A DNA stretch of 55,736 nucleotides. It comes from an uncultured Planctomycetia bacterium. Its GTDB lineage: Bacteria; Omnitrophota; Gorgyraeia; JABMRG01. Each line of letters starts with the position of its first letter. The first letter of the stretch is position 1. The notes below the pieces were generated by a model. The model saw only the letters and a list, made by a program, of their open reading frames with translations, did not search any database and was not told where the DNA came from. Where the stretch lies: contig CAZDLP010000001.1 of NCBI GenBank assembly GCA_964506565.1, positions 2,139 to 57,874 of the forward strand, written 5' to 3'. The translations under genes were made by a program, and so were the position numbers. Of the stretch, positions 34,215 to 44,591 are shown in pieces.

Positions 34215-35084
34215 TTAAAAAGTCGCGGCAAGCCCACGGCTTAGCGCATTGGCCTTTTGCAGCCAATCAGGCAATACCAGCATGCCTCTTGGACAATAAG
34301 CGCCAAGGCCCTGAATAATCGTATCCACCCACAAACATTCGATAAACCCTGACAGTAATTCCTTATAATCATCTAACGGATAAGACAGGTATAGACCTTG
34401 TAAATACATCTTCTCCAGATTAGTTCCCTTGATGATATGCAAGGGGTGTAGTTTTATGCCATCTATCCTCAATCTGCACATCTCTCTAGCTGTCTCTAGC
34501 ATCATCTGCTTTGTTTCACCTGGAAGCCCAAGTATAATATGAGCGCATATCTTTATGGGATATTTACGCGTAGCGTCAAAAGCATTCAAAAAATCCGTAT
34601 AACCATGGCCTCTATTAATAGTTTCTAGGGTCTTATTGTGGATACTTTGCAGGCCATACTCGACCCATACCTCGTAATCTCCGGCGTAATCCGCGATAAG
34701 TTTCAGTATATCCTCATCCACACAATCCGGCCTGGTGGCGATAGCTATTCCTACAATATCCTTAAATTTTCTTACCGCGTCATACTTGCGCCTCAATTCA
34801 TCTACTGGCGCATAAGTGTTTGTATGTGTCTGGAAATATACGATAAATTTTTCCGCCTTGAACCTCCTTCTCATCGCTTCTATGCCTTGTTCTATCTGCG
34901 CCTCCAAAGAGAAGTTTTTATAGCCTCTGTTCTGAAAACTAAATGACTTATTGTCGCAATAGATACATCCATCTTGACTCAATTTTCCGTCCCTGTTGGG
35001 ACAGGAAAAGCCAGCATCCACACTGACCTTGTGGACACGCCCGCCAAAGCGTTGTTTTAAATATGTGGAGTATTTTTTAGGCAT
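34215..35084 (-). CDS. Radical SAM protein, TIGR01212 (YhcC-like) family
   Basis: 289 aa with 'GFSCPNRDG...GCIYC'. Confidence 0.75.
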   Translation of the reverse strand: MPKKYSTYLKQRFGGRVHKVSVDAGFSCPNRDGKLSQDGCIYCDNKSFSFQNRGYKNFSLEAQIEQGIEAMRRRFKAEKFIVYFQTHTNTYAPVDELRRKYDAVRKFKDIVGIAIATRPDCVDEDILKLIADYAGDYEVWVEYGLQSIHNKTLETINRGHGYTDFLNAFDATRKYPIKICAHIILGLPGETKQMMLETAREMCRLRIDGIKLHPLHIIKGTNLEKMYLQGLYLSYPLDDYKELLSGFIECLWVDTIIQGLGAYCPRGMLVLPDWLQKANALSRGLAATF

Positions 35085-35142
35085 GGTAAAATAGGTTTTA
35101 AAGTTTGAGATCTTTCATCGCAACTACAAACAAACATCAAGA

Positions 35143-35781
35143 TCAGGTGCAATGTGGGCAGATTTTTTTTCTGTCTTCCTTGCCTACAAACAGGAGCGGA
35201 AATACAATATCACTTATGCAACATGGCAACCATACAGCTATAAACAGAAATATGCAGATAACTACATATGCATACCAATAAACAGCTACTCCCAAAGCCA
35301 TGATAACATGAAACAATGACGCCCATGTGCTTAGAAGAACGTGGCCTGAATGCGGAAATTTTGTGCTTGGCCAAAAATACCCTATAGCGACCCCTATTAC
35401 AGCAGCAGGATTTATCAGGTACCACTGATCGATAAAACCTAAATGCATACGCCGATTAGGTAAGTCAAGAAGGGTTTCACCTAAAAAAGGTATAATCGAG
35501 TCGCTAAGGGTGGCTATGCCAACAGATCCAAAATATCCTACCAAAAGCAAAGTAAATAGATTACACTTTAATCGAGGATCATGACATTTATAGCGTTGAT
35601 ACATAGAAGATGTTACAAGAGCGCTTAGAACAACGTGGAGAGGATGAAAAATATAAAAAGCCCTGTGTGCCATCGCCTCAGGCATATTCCTGAATGCCCA
35701 CATCAGAGCGATACCGCTTAGAGCGCCAAATATCGTAAATGGCGCGTGAATTCTCAATTCCGCGAGAATTGTCTTGAGCAT
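35143..35781 (-). CDS. Hypothetical polytopic membrane protein (His-rich helices, C-terminal CxxC)
   Basis: 212 aa with about six hydrophobic segments and a C-terminal 'CPHC'. Confidence 0.45.
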   Translation of the reverse strand: MLKTILAELRIHAPFTIFGALSGIALMWAFRNMPEAMAHRAFYIFHPLHVVLSALVTSSMYQRYKCHDPRLKCNLFTLLLVGYFGSVGIATLSDSIIPFLGETLLDLPNRRMHLGFIDQWYLINPAAVIGVAIGYFWPSTKFPHSGHVLLSTWASLFHVIMALGVAVYWYAYVVICIFLFIAVWLPCCISDIVFPLLFVGKEDRKKICPHCT

Positions 35782-35783
35782 AT

Positions 35784-35978
35784 CTAACCCTTGTAATGTC
35801 TTATGAAATTCTCTATACTACGATCGTAGGTCTTTTCGATGTCATCAGAAAAATAACAGGCAGGAAGCTCATTATTATTCTTATGATACGCTATGCACTC
35901 GCAACATATGCCTTTTCTGCTGCACGGCTCATAACTACAGTTGCATATCTTCTTATTCTGGCTTACCTTACATTCCAT
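35784..35978 (-). CDS. Small cysteine-rich protein, function unknown
   Basis: '[32 protein letters not shown]'. I placed the start at the internal ATG, which is preceded by AAGGAA, to avoid overlapping the upstream gene. Confidence 0.5.
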   Translation of the reverse strand: MECKVSQNKKICNCSYEPCSRKGICCECIAYHKNNNELPACYFSDDIEKTYDRSIENFIRHYKG

Positions 35979-36001
35979 ATAAAAAAATTCCTTATAAAAT
36001 A

Positions 36002-37627
36002 CTATTGGCGCGCTGTATCCCACTGAAGCTTGCCTATTACTGCCTGGGCAACATTAGCGATATGATCACCTATCTTCTCAAGGTTACTTATTATATCAAG
36101 GAAAACTATACCTGAGCGGACATTGCATGACGCTTTGCCGAGCCTGTCTATATGATTCTGCCGCAACCTTTCAGTAAGATCATCTACCTCGTCTTCAGTT
36201 AATAGGACTTTTTCCGCGTCTTCAACAGAATTTGTAGTAAGGGCCTTTATGGCGCCATCTAACATACTGTCGATCTTGCCAAGCATAAGTTTCACTTCAT
36301 CGATAGCATCTTTGGTAAATGGGAGATTTCCTTCTATCCTTCTTATCGCAAGTTCCATCAAATTTTCAGAGTGGTCCCCTATCCTCTCTATGTCATTTAC
36401 AGAATGCAATAACGCGGGTATTCTTCGCGACTCCTCTTCACTCAAGTCACGCTGCGTAAGTGAAGTAAGGTAATCCGTTACCGCTTCCTGGAGATTATCA
36501 AGAGCCTCTTCTCTCTTCGGCAGATTCTTTAATGCCTTCTCGTTACTATTTATAAATCCGTCAGCTGCTTCCGCTACCATCTCTTTCGCGTGATCAGCCA
36601 TTACCACTATCTCTTTTGTCGCCGCATCTAACGCAAATACAGGTGTATTTATCAAATGTTTTTCCAAATACTTGGGCCCTGTCTCTATAAGAACCTCTTT
36701 ACCCGGAACGATTTTCTCAACTAGTTTTGCAAAAAGCCCAATAAAAGGGAGTAATATACATGCTTCTATTACCTTCATTATGGTATGAGCATTCGCACAT
36801 TGTCTAACAACACTGGAAGAAGTATGAGTAATCAAAGCTGTAAAAGGCTTAAGAGCAATAAGAAATAATGCGGCACCTATTATATTATATAAAAGGTGTG
36901 CTACTGCTGCTCTCCTCGCAGATATACTGGTGCCTACAGAGGCTAACATGACAGTAACACACGTACCTATGTTAGCTCCTAGTATTATAGGTATAGCGCC
37001 ATCTATATCAATAAGTCCTATAGAAACTAAACCTAATATAATGCCCACAGTAACACTGGAACTTTGTATAAGTCCTGTTATCGCAGCGCCTATCAACACA
37101 CCATACAGAACCCTATTATTAATAGAAACAAAGGCATTTATAACGGCAGGATTGTTGGCAAATGGCTTGACTACACTCGTCATTATATTTAAACCTAGAA
37201 ATAAAATTCCAAACCCTAAAAAGAAGAGCCCTAAAAATTTCCAGAATCTTTTCTTGGCAAATATATTTAATATCATGCCTACGCCTATAACAGGTAGGGC
37301 ATAATCAGTAAGCTTAAATGCTATAATCTGTGCTGTTATGGTAGTACCTATATTAGCGCCGAATATAACACCTAGGGATTGTACAAATGTCATAAGCCCG
37401 GCATTTACAAAACCAACTACCATCACTGTCGTAGCACTCGAACTCTGAATAAGCGCTGTTATTCCAGCTCCTACTAACACTCCTTTTATGGGATGAGATG
37501 TAAACGCTTTTAATACATTGCGAAACTTGTCCCCCGCGACTCTCTGAAGGCCATCACCCATAAGGTGGATACCATAGATAAATAGCCCTAAGCCTCCGAA
37601 TATTCCGAATACAAGCTCTTTAGTCAT
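36002..37627 (-). CDS. Na/Pi cotransporter-family protein with a PhoU-like C-terminal domain
   Basis: 541 aa with duplicated 'QSSSATT'/'QSSSVTV' motifs and a C-terminal PhoU-type repeat (ERIGDH / EKIGDH). Confidence 0.85.
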   Translation of the reverse strand: MTKELVFGIFGGLGLFIYGIHLMGDGLQRVAGDKFRNVLKAFTSHPIKGVLVGAGITALIQSSSATTVMVVGFVNAGLMTFVQSLGVIFGANIGTTITAQIIAFKLTDYALPVIGVGMILNIFAKKRFWKFLGLFFLGFGILFLGLNIMTSVVKPFANNPAVINAFVSINNRVLYGVLIGAAITGLIQSSSVTVGIILGLVSIGLIDIDGAIPIILGANIGTCVTVMLASVGTSISARRAAVAHLLYNIIGAALFLIALKPFTALITHTSSSVVRQCANAHTIMKVIEACILLPFIGLFAKLVEKIVPGKEVLIETGPKYLEKHLINTPVFALDAATKEIVVMADHAKEMVAEAADGFINSNEKALKNLPKREEALDNLQEAVTDYLTSLTQRDLSEEESRRIPALLHSVNDIERIGDHSENLMELAIRRIEGNLPFTKDAIDEVKLMLGKIDSMLDGAIKALTTNSVEDAEKVLLTEDEVDDLTERLRQNHIDRLGKASCNVRSGIVFLDIISNLEKIGDHIANVAQAVIGKLQWDTARQ

Positions 37628-37710
37628 GCCCTTTAACTCCTAAACCTTTTTGAGAAACCGTTATTGTAAAACTGGATTCTAATGAGACTCCTTGCAGACT
37701 GATATACTTT

Positions 37711-38373
37711 CTATGTTGCAAGAAATCTTTTGTTCTCTTTTAGAAAATCGTCTATTGTATGAGTAGCTTTTAATGTCTCTCTTATGGAAGGAAGCGCCTT
37801 CATGAAAGCATCTACTATACCCGGATCAAACTGCGTTCCTTTGCGCTTCTTTATTACCTCAATCGCTTTATCTATGGTTTCGGATTTCTTATAGGATCTC
37901 TCAGAGACTATCGCGTCAAAGGCATCTGCTAATGTTACTATTCTCGCATATAGCGGTATCTTCCTTGCTTTAAGCCCTAACGGATAGCCGCTACCGTCAT
38001 ACCATTCATGATGATAAAGCGCTATCTCACCTGCTACTTTTAGTATAGGCGATAAAGAGCCTGAAAAAATCCTACCACCGATTTTGGTATGCTCTTTTAT
38101 CTTGTCATAATCCTTTGCAGTAAGATCTTTCTTATGTAATATAACGCTCGGAATCCCGATCTTGCCTATATCATGCATGATAGATGCAAATCTTACAACC
38201 TTTAACTTCTTTGCCGAGAAATTCAGCGCCCTTGCTATTGCCATAGAATAATCACTTACCCGTATAATATGACATCCTATCTCACTATCCTTATACTCTG
38301 CAGCAATAGCGAATCTAAGTATCATCTCTATATAGGTATCTTCTATATATTTGGAGATATAGGCGCTAGTCAT
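37711..38373 (-). CDS. HD-GYP domain phosphohydrolase (stand-alone)
   Basis: 220 aa with 'HDIGK' and 'HHEWYDGSGYP'. Confidence 0.85.
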   Translation of the reverse strand: MTSAYISKYIEDTYIEMILRFAIAAEYKDSEIGCHIIRVSDYSMAIARALNFSAKKLKVVRFASIMHDIGKIGIPSVILHKKDLTAKDYDKIKEHTKIGGRIFSGSLSPILKVAGEIALYHHEWYDGSGYPLGLKARKIPLYARIVTLADAFDAIVSERSYKKSETIDKAIEVIKKRKGTQFDPGIVDAFMKALPSIRETLKATHTIDDFLKENKRFLAT

Positions 38374-38376
38374 ATT

Positions 38377-39303
38377 CTACGCTTTATCTACACAGCCAAG
38401 TATATCGAGCTTGTGGCTGACAACGTCCTTAATCGCCTGGCGTGCCGGCGCTAGATACTTACGCGGATCAAAATTTTCAGGGTTCTTGTCAAACGCTTCT
38501 CTTATCGTAGCTGTCATCGCGAGCCTGAGATCTGTATCAATATTTACCTTGCAGACATTCATGCCAGCTGCTTTGCTTATAGCGTCTTCCGGAACACCTT
38601 GAGTCCCGGGAAGCTTACCACCATGCTCATTACAGATTTTGACCAAATTAGGCAAAACACTTGAAGCGCCATGAAGAACTAATGGAAAACCCGGAAGCTT
38701 GTCCTGTATCTCTTTTAATCTGTCAAAATAAAGCTTCGGTTCTCCGCTAAACTTATAAGCTCCGTGGCTTGTCCCTATAGCGATAGCCAAAGAATCACAG
38801 CCTGTTTCTTTTACAAGCGCTACCGCTTCATCCGGATCTGTGAGGATAGCATCTTTCTCAGAGACAGATATATTATCCTCGACACCCTTTAAACGGCCTA
38901 ACTCAGCCTCTACTACAACGCCCTTGGGATGGGCATAATCAACGACCTGTTTTGTAAGGCGCATATTCTCTTCTAGCGGGTGCTGCGAACCGTCTATCAT
39001 AACAGATGTAAATCCGCCGTCAATACATGCCTTGCATATCTCAAAATCTTCTCCATGGTCAAGATGCAGCACAATATCAAGTGCCGTATCTTCCATCGCA
39101 GCCTGAATAAGGTGAACAAGGTAAGCATGTTTAGCATACTTGCGAGCGCCTGCGGAAACCTGCAAAATAAGTGGCGCGTTCTTTTCTTTCGCTGCCTCTG
39201 TTATGCCTTGAACGATCTCCATGTTGTTTACGTTGAACGCGCCTACCGCATACCCCTCTTTTAAAGCTTTCTCAAACAAACCCTTAGATGTTATAAATCC
39301 CAC
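38377..39303 (-). CDS. fba: Class II fructose-bisphosphate aldolase
   Basis: 308 aa with 'VHLDHG', 'SVMIDGS' and 'LVLHGASS'. GTG start with an AAAGGAG SD. Confidence 0.9.
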   Translation of the reverse strand: MGFITSKGLFEKALKEGYAVGAFNVNNMEIVQGITEAAKEKNAPLILQVSAGARKYAKHAYLVHLIQAAMEDTALDIVLHLDHGEDFEICKACIDGGFTSVMIDGSQHPLEENMRLTKQVVDYAHPKGVVVEAELGRLKGVEDNISVSEKDAILTDPDEAVALVKETGCDSLAIAIGTSHGAYKFSGEPKLYFDRLKEIQDKLPGFPLVLHGASSVLPNLVKICNEHGGKLPGTQGVPEDAISKAAGMNVCKVNIDTDLRLAMTATIREAFDKNPENFDPRKYLAPARQAIKDVVSHKLDILGCVDKA

Positions 39304-39389
39304 TGTCTTATGCTCCTTTCTAGTTATATCAATTATTTATTTTATTTAAGGAAGGTTACTGACTATTATATGTAAAAATAGGATATATG

Positions 39390-39418
39390 CAAGTATTATT
39401 TTTGCATGATTTACGCGA
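39390..39418. repeat. 29-nt exact repeat (copy 2), upstream of and overlapping the fba -35
   Basis: Identical to 27122..27150. The fba promoter reads, on the minus strand, TTGCAT - 16 nt - TATAAT, immediately downstream of the repeat. Confidence 0.8.
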
Positions 39419-39464
39419 GTTAAAAAAACGAAGCTGTTTCTTATTCTTAATACAACAAACCTCG

Positions 39465-39493
39465 TTGACAATGAAGTTTTTTGATGGTATATT
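39465..39493 (+). promoter_or_regulatory. Sigma70-like promoter giving a leaderless comF mRNA
   Basis: TTGACA - 17 nt - TATATT, with the ATG at 39502 only 8 nt after the -10. The TTG start in the ORF track lies inside the promoter. Confidence 0.5.
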
Positions 39494-39501
39494 ATCGAGA
39501 T

Positions 39502-40182
39502 ATGAGGCAGTTTGCCTATGAAATATCACAAGCAGCGTTAAATCTGGTTTTTCCTATACTTTGCCAGGGTTGCGGAAAGAATCTTCCCTATCAAAGTAAG
39601 ATTTACCTCTGCCGGGACTGCTTTGAAAAACTCAAACTAAACTCCCCTTCTCTTTGCACCTTGGCTAATGAAAACTCCTTTTTTAAGCATGCATGGCACT
39701 GCTACTCATACGAGGGATTCATAAAAAAGCTTGTACGCAAGTTCAAATATCATAGGAAACTATGCCTTAAAAATACACTTGCAGAACTCTTATATGGATT
39801 CACTACTAACTGTATACAGTATCAGGATATAGATATAATAGCTTCAGTACCCATGCATATATCAGATGAGAGAAGGCGGGGCTTCAACCAGTCTGATGTA
39901 TTGGCTAAAGAACTCTCGCTACGACTTAATGTGGGATACGCAAAGGGGTCTATTATAAAACAGAAGCGAACCGATAAACAGATAAGCCTTAAAAGGACAG
40001 AGAGGCTAAAAAATTTAAAGGGTGCATTTGTTCCGGGAAACACAACATCTTTTATGGGCAGAGATGTTCTCCTTATTGATGATGTGTTTACTACAGGCAC
40101 AACAATAAACGAATGTTCGAGGATATTAAGTAAAAACGGTGCCAGCTCAGTATCTGTGCTAACTTTGACCAAAGGTATTTAG
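39502..40182 (+). CDS. comF: ComF-family phosphoribosyltransferase
   Basis: N-terminal double CxxC (CQGCG, CRDC) and the PRPP motif 'VLLIDDVFTTGTT'. I trimmed the start to the ATG at 39502. Confidence 0.8.
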   Translation: MRQFAYEISQAALNLVFPILCQGCGKNLPYQSKIYLCRDCFEKLKLNSPSLCTLANENSFFKHAWHCYSYEGFIKKLVRKFKYHRKLCLKNTLAELLYGFTTNCIQYQDIDIIASVPMHISDERRRGFNQSDVLAKELSLRLNVGYAKGSIIKQKRTDKQISLKRTERLKNLKGAFVPGNTTSFMGRDVLLIDDVFTTGTTINECSRILSKNGASSVSVLTLTKGI

Positions 40183-41298
40183 TTGAAAATACTAAGAAAT
40201 TATATAATAAAAGAGACTCTAGGCCCCCTACTGGGCACATTGGGGGTATTTACCTTTGTACTATTAATAGGTAACATGCTCCAGCTTGCGGACTTATTGC
40301 TAAATAAGGGTGCGGATATACGGGATATAATAAAACTATTTTTCTATCTCATACCTTATATATTGAGTTATACCATACCCATGGCGATACTAACAGCTAC
40401 CGTACTCTGCTTTGGAAGGCTTGCTTCAGATAGCGAAATAACCGCGATGAAAGCAAGTGGCATAAGCTTGTACAAAATCGGCCTTCCTATATTAATAATA
40501 GCTTTTATGATAAGCCTTGGGTCTGTCTACTTAAATGACAAGGTATTACCCGCTTCCCATTTCGCGTCTATAAAACTTGTAAAGGGTGCCGCCTTAAAAA
40601 ATCCCTCGGCGTACCTGGAACCCGGCACATTTATCAAAAGCTTTAAAGGCTACATCGTGCGCATAAATAGCGTTGATGGCAATACACTTAAAGGCGTACT
40701 AATATATCAGCTTGGGGAAAAAGGTCCTACGCGGACCATTATAGCTAAAAGCGGCAATTTTATAACACATCCTAATGGAAATACAATAACATTAAAACTA
40801 ACAGATGGTACAGCGGATGAGCCGAAGCCTGATGACCCTAGCACATTTTATAAACTAAGTTTTAAAACATATAGCATGACTCTGGATTTAGAAAAAAGCC
40901 TCTCTAAGGGCAAATTCAGGAAAAAATTCAAAGATATGAATATCAGGGAGCTCAAAGACGAAATAGCTAGCTTAAAAGCTACAGGGATCATATCAGATCA
41001 CGTAAAAAAGGAGACGCGTGAAATGCTTACAGAAATCCATAGAAAAATTGCCATGGCATTTTCAAGCTTCGTCTTTGTCCTTGTAGCTTTACCTCTGGCT
41101 ATAAATACAAAAAAACGTGAAAAATCGATAGGCTTCGCAATAAGCCTCATGATTCTACTAGTCTATTACCTTCTACTCTTTGGTGGTATGGCACTGGCTT
41201 TGCGAAATATATTGCCACCTATAGTAGGAGTTTGGATTGCCAACATAATATATCTATTCGTTGGCGCTATACTGACATTCACTGTGATAGAGCAATGA
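40183..41298 (+). CDS. lptF: LPS export ABC permease LptF (YjgP/YjgQ family)
   Basis: 371 aa starting 'ILRNYIIKE' with six TM segments. It is paired with a paralogue. Confidence 0.8.
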   Translation: MKILRNYIIKETLGPLLGTLGVFTFVLLIGNMLQLADLLLNKGADIRDIIKLFFYLIPYILSYTIPMAILTATVLCFGRLASDSEITAMKASGISLYKIGLPILIIAFMISLGSVYLNDKVLPASHFASIKLVKGAALKNPSAYLEPGTFIKSFKGYIVRINSVDGNTLKGVLIYQLGEKGPTRTIIAKSGNFITHPNGNTITLKLTDGTADEPKPDDPSTFYKLSFKTYSMTLDLEKSLSKGKFRKKFKDMNIRELKDEIASLKATGIISDHVKKETREMLTEIHRKIAMAFSSFVFVLVALPLAINTKKREKSIGFAISLMILLVYYLLLFGGMALALRNILPPIVGVWIANIIYLFVGAILTFTVIEQ

Positions 41299-41349
41299 GC
41301 CCTGTTAAATCAAAATTGACAGGATAAGTACTAAGGAGAATTTAGCAGG

Positions 41350-42444
41350 GTGAAAATACTTGACCGTTATCTTTTAAAAAAATTCTTGCTGCCGCTGGCA
41401 TATTGCCTTTTTCTGTTTATGCTTCTTTACGTCATTATGGATATATTTGGACATTTAGATGAGATATTACGAAACAAGGTCCCTATCGGCATACTTTTTC
41501 AATATTACAGTTCTTTTACGCCTCTTATCTTTGTCCAGACAGTTCCTATTGCAGCCCTGCTTTCTGTAGTCTACATGCTCAGCACTCTCAACAAAAATAA
41601 TGAACTTACCGCTGCAAAGGCATGCGGCATAAGCATAAGCCAACTGCTTATTCCGGTTTTTGCTGTCGCGATAATGCTAAGCCTTATAAGTTTCATCGTT
41701 AATGAAAATGCTGTACCAAAAGGTATTCTAACCGCAGATAGGATAAAATCTGAATACATGGAAAAGACCTATGACACAAACGCTCAACTTAAAATCGTAA
41801 AGGACTTGGCAGTATACGGAAAAAACAATCATCTTATATACGCTCAGGATTTTAACCCCACAGAAAATAAATTAACCGGGATAATTATAATCGAACGTGA
41901 CAATCAGCATAGGCTTCGCAGAAAGATACTCTCTTCAAGTGCTACCTGGGAAAATGGAAGATGGGTTTTTTATGACTGCATAATTTACAGGTTCAACAGA
42001 TCGGAAGAAACAATAGGCAACCCACTGGTATTTAAGAAAAAAGCCCTAAAATTTCTTGAAACACCTAAGGATCTCTTAAAATACGAACTACAGACAGGTT
42101 ATATGAGCTATAGAGAATTAAAAAGCTATATTAAAAGGCTTTCGGGCCAGAACCCCAAGATGTTAAATAGTTTAAAGACCGATCTCTACTTCAAGAGCGC
42201 TCTTCCTCTCGTCTCTATCATAATAATGCTTATTGGGATACCGTTCGCTTTGACTACAAGCAGGGGTGGCGCAATGGCGGGAATAGGTGTAAGCATTACA
42301 ATTGGCCTGTTATATTACGGCTCAATATATTTTGTACTTGCTATGGGAAAAGGTGGCCTGTTGCCACCTATTGTTGCCGCACATCTTTCTAATATAGTAT
42401 TCTTTATAATAGCTCTTGTACTTCTTAAACGGTCGGCTCAATAA
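41350..42444 (+). CDS. lptG: LPS export ABC permease LptG
   Basis: 364 aa starting 'ILDRYLLKKF', YjgP/YjgQ family. GTG start with a GGAG SD. Confidence 0.8.
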   Translation: MKILDRYLLKKFLLPLAYCLFLFMLLYVIMDIFGHLDEILRNKVPIGILFQYYSSFTPLIFVQTVPIAALLSVVYMLSTLNKNNELTAAKACGISISQLLIPVFAVAIMLSLISFIVNENAVPKGILTADRIKSEYMEKTYDTNAQLKIVKDLAVYGKNNHLIYAQDFNPTENKLTGIIIIERDNQHRLRRKILSSSATWENGRWVFYDCIIYRFNRSEETIGNPLVFKKKALKFLETPKDLLKYELQTGYMSYRELKSYIKRLSGQNPKMLNSLKTDLYFKSALPLVSIIIMLIGIPFALTTSRGGAMAGIGVSITIGLLYYGSIYFVLAMGKGGLLPPIVAAHLSNIVFFIIALVLLKRSAQ

Positions 42445-44509
42445 GTATGCTGTAAAGCTGTTGATTATCTTCTGCTTCAACCAGTCTTTTTCTACATCCG
42501 ACATCCATGAACAATTGACTGATATCTGCCATAAATCTTATATGTGGGCCAGCCACACCTCTTGGGGAGAGTATCATTGCAAAAATTTTAGAGGGCTCAC
42601 CATCTAAAGACTGAAAATCGACGCCCTGTCTTTTTATTCCTATAGCACATACGACTTCTTTTACCGCGTTAGTTTTTGCGTGAGGAATCGCTATCCCATA
42701 TTGCATACCTGTTGACATGGTCTTTTCTCGCTCTAAGATGCTTTTAAGGACTTTCTCCTTTTTACCATATTCAAGCTGCCCGGACCGTATAACAAGATCG
42801 ACCATCTCCTCTATTATTTCCTGTTTTGATACCCCTTTAAGCCTGGCCTCAACCGCATTTGGATTTATCCTTTTAGCGATATCTCTTTTCCTCTTTGACC
42901 TATCATCCGGTTTACCAAAAATCTTTTTACCTATAGAAGAACGGTCTGTAAGCGTCTGGAGCTGTCTCATGGTATTTTCCAAATCGCAGAGAACTTCATA
43001 AACAAGGGTATTTACAAAAATAACATCCTCAGCTTTGCAATCAAACTCTATAAACTCATCAGTAGTGCGCATGCCGATTGACACGCTATCCTTTCTTATC
43101 TGGTACAATTTTGAGCTCCTAGCCCCTGTGTCGAGCCTGTGTACATAAAAGCCTTCGTTATGAAGCGCTAACACAATCTTGCTCAAAACCAGTTCTGATG
43201 TATCGGAAGTAGGCATATCAAATACTATAATCTTGCTTACCTGTTTCTTAGGCTTTGATTTTTTAACAGTAGATGCATCTGATTTCAGCAAAGAAGTAAG
43301 CATAACAGGTGTAATAAGAGTAGTTATCATCGTCATCATCACTACAACGCCCAGTGTTTCCTGATTCAGCATACCTGCTGATAACCCAATACCTGCCATA
43401 AGAAGCGCTACTTCTCCTCTTGGAGTCATGCCAAGGCCTATGCGCAAAGCGCCCCTTAAATTAAAATTCAAGAATAAGGCTGGAAAGCCGCATCCGATAA
43501 CCTTGGAAAGAATACTGGCTATTGTGTAAATAACACCAAAAATAAAAATATTGCGCGACATTAAAGTAGAGAGATCAACCATCATACCCATAACACAAAA
43601 GAATATCGGTACGAAAAACTTATGCAGGGAAGAAAGCTTTTCCTGTATCACATAATCCAAATCCGTTCTTGATAAAGAAAGCCCCGTAACATAAGCGCCT
43701 ATAATCATGGCTAGTCCGGCCTTCTCAAATATGCCCGCTATTATAAGCGCTAATCCAAGAGCCATGATAGTTATTGTCGTTGTGTCTTTGAATCTTTTTA
43801 AAAAATTACTTATATCTCTAGCGAAAAACAAGCCCGCCGAGGTAAAGGCCAGCCATATAATTATAGATTTTCCACCTATAAGCAAAACTTTTGACCATTC
43901 TATGTGCCCACTCTTAGCAACGCCTATAACGATAGCTAAAGCTATAACGCCTAATATGTCGTCAATAACCGCGCCGGATATTATTGTCACTCCTTCGGGA
44001 GACTGCAGTTTTCTCTGTTCCGATAATATGCGCGCTGTTATTCCGACGGATGTAGCTGTAGATATAACGCCCAGAAAGAGGCATATTGGATGTGAAAATC
44101 CCAACTGAATCCCAAACAGGTACTTTGAGAACAAAACAGCGACAGCGTCCCCCAAAAGAAAAGATACTAATACGCCGCCAACACCGACAACAGATCCTGC
44201 TACTGAATATTTCGCGAACATCTCAATATCTGTTTCAAGGCCCACAAGGAATAGGAGGATAATAGAAGCTACAGTAGTAAAACCGTATAATTCAGACGAA
44301 ATTGGGAAATTACCATATATGGGAAACATGCAGTGACCTAACGTAGGTATTGAGATACCACCAAGAAGGTAAGGCCCTATAATTATGCCCGCTGATATCT
44401 CACCTATGATAGCGGGCATACGCATCCTCTCAAATAGTATTCCACCTGCGCGTGCCGCAAATACTATGACACCGAGCTGCAACACAAGTATAGTCATTCG
44501 TTCTAGCAT
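42425..44509 (-). CDS. CPA2-type cation:proton antiporter fused to a linker domain and a C-terminal PTS EIIA(Ntr/Fru)-type domain
   Basis: About 12 TM segments (Kef/NapA-like). The C-terminal ~150 aa carry the EIIA-2 signature 'GIAIPHAK'. I moved the start to the ATG at 44509 (AGGAAA SD), because the longer ORF runs into the upstream terminator hairpin. Confidence 0.8.
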   Translation of the reverse strand: MLERMTILVLQLGVIVFAARAGGILFERMRMPAIIGEISAGIIIGPYLLGGISIPTLGHCMFPIYGNFPISSELYGFTTVASIILLFLVGLETDIEMFAKYSVAGSVVGVGGVLVSFLLGDAVAVLFSKYLFGIQLGFSHPICLFLGVISTATSVGITARILSEQRKLQSPEGVTIISGAVIDDILGVIALAIVIGVAKSGHIEWSKVLLIGGKSIIIWLAFTSAGLFFARDISNFLKRFKDTTTITIMALGLALIIAGIFEKAGLAMIIGAYVTGLSLSRTDLDYVIQEKLSSLHKFFVPIFFCVMGMMVDLSTLMSRNIFIFGVIYTIASILSKVIGCGFPALFLNFNLRGALRIGLGMTPRGEVALLMAGIGLSAGMLNQETLGVVVMMTMITTLITPVMLTSLLKSDASTVKKSKPKKQVSKIIVFDMPTSDTSELVLSKIVLALHNEGFYVHRLDTGARSSKLYQIRKDSVSIGMRTTDEFIEFDCKAEDVIFVNTLVYEVLCDLENTMRQLQTLTDRSSIGKKIFGKPDDRSKRKRDIAKRINPNAVEARLKGVSKQEIIEEMVDLVIRSGQLEYGKKEKVLKSILEREKTMSTGMQYGIAIPHAKTNAVKEVVCAIGIKRQGVDFQSLDGEPSKIFAMILSPRGVAGPHIRFMADISQLFMDVGCRKRLVEAEDNQQLYSILIEPTV

Positions 44510-44542
44510 ATAAAAATTTTCCTTTTTTGCTATAAATAGTTC

Positions 44543-44571
44543 AACGGCCAATTAAAAAAACATTGGCCGTT
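44543..44571 (-). terminator. Rho-independent-type hairpin after pfkA (possibly bidirectional)
   Basis: Perfect 10-bp stem aacggccaat/attggccgtt with a 9-nt loop. A T-run follows on the plus strand, and the minus-strand side is moderately U-rich. Confidence 0.55.
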
Positions 44572-44591
44572 TTTTATAAAATATGCTGCTT

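Noticed and set aside
35210-35425. 71-aa minus-strand ORF inside 35143..35781
   Set aside because: It is an out-of-frame internal ORF on the same strand as the membrane protein gene. It is Cys/Ser/Arg-rich and has no start context.
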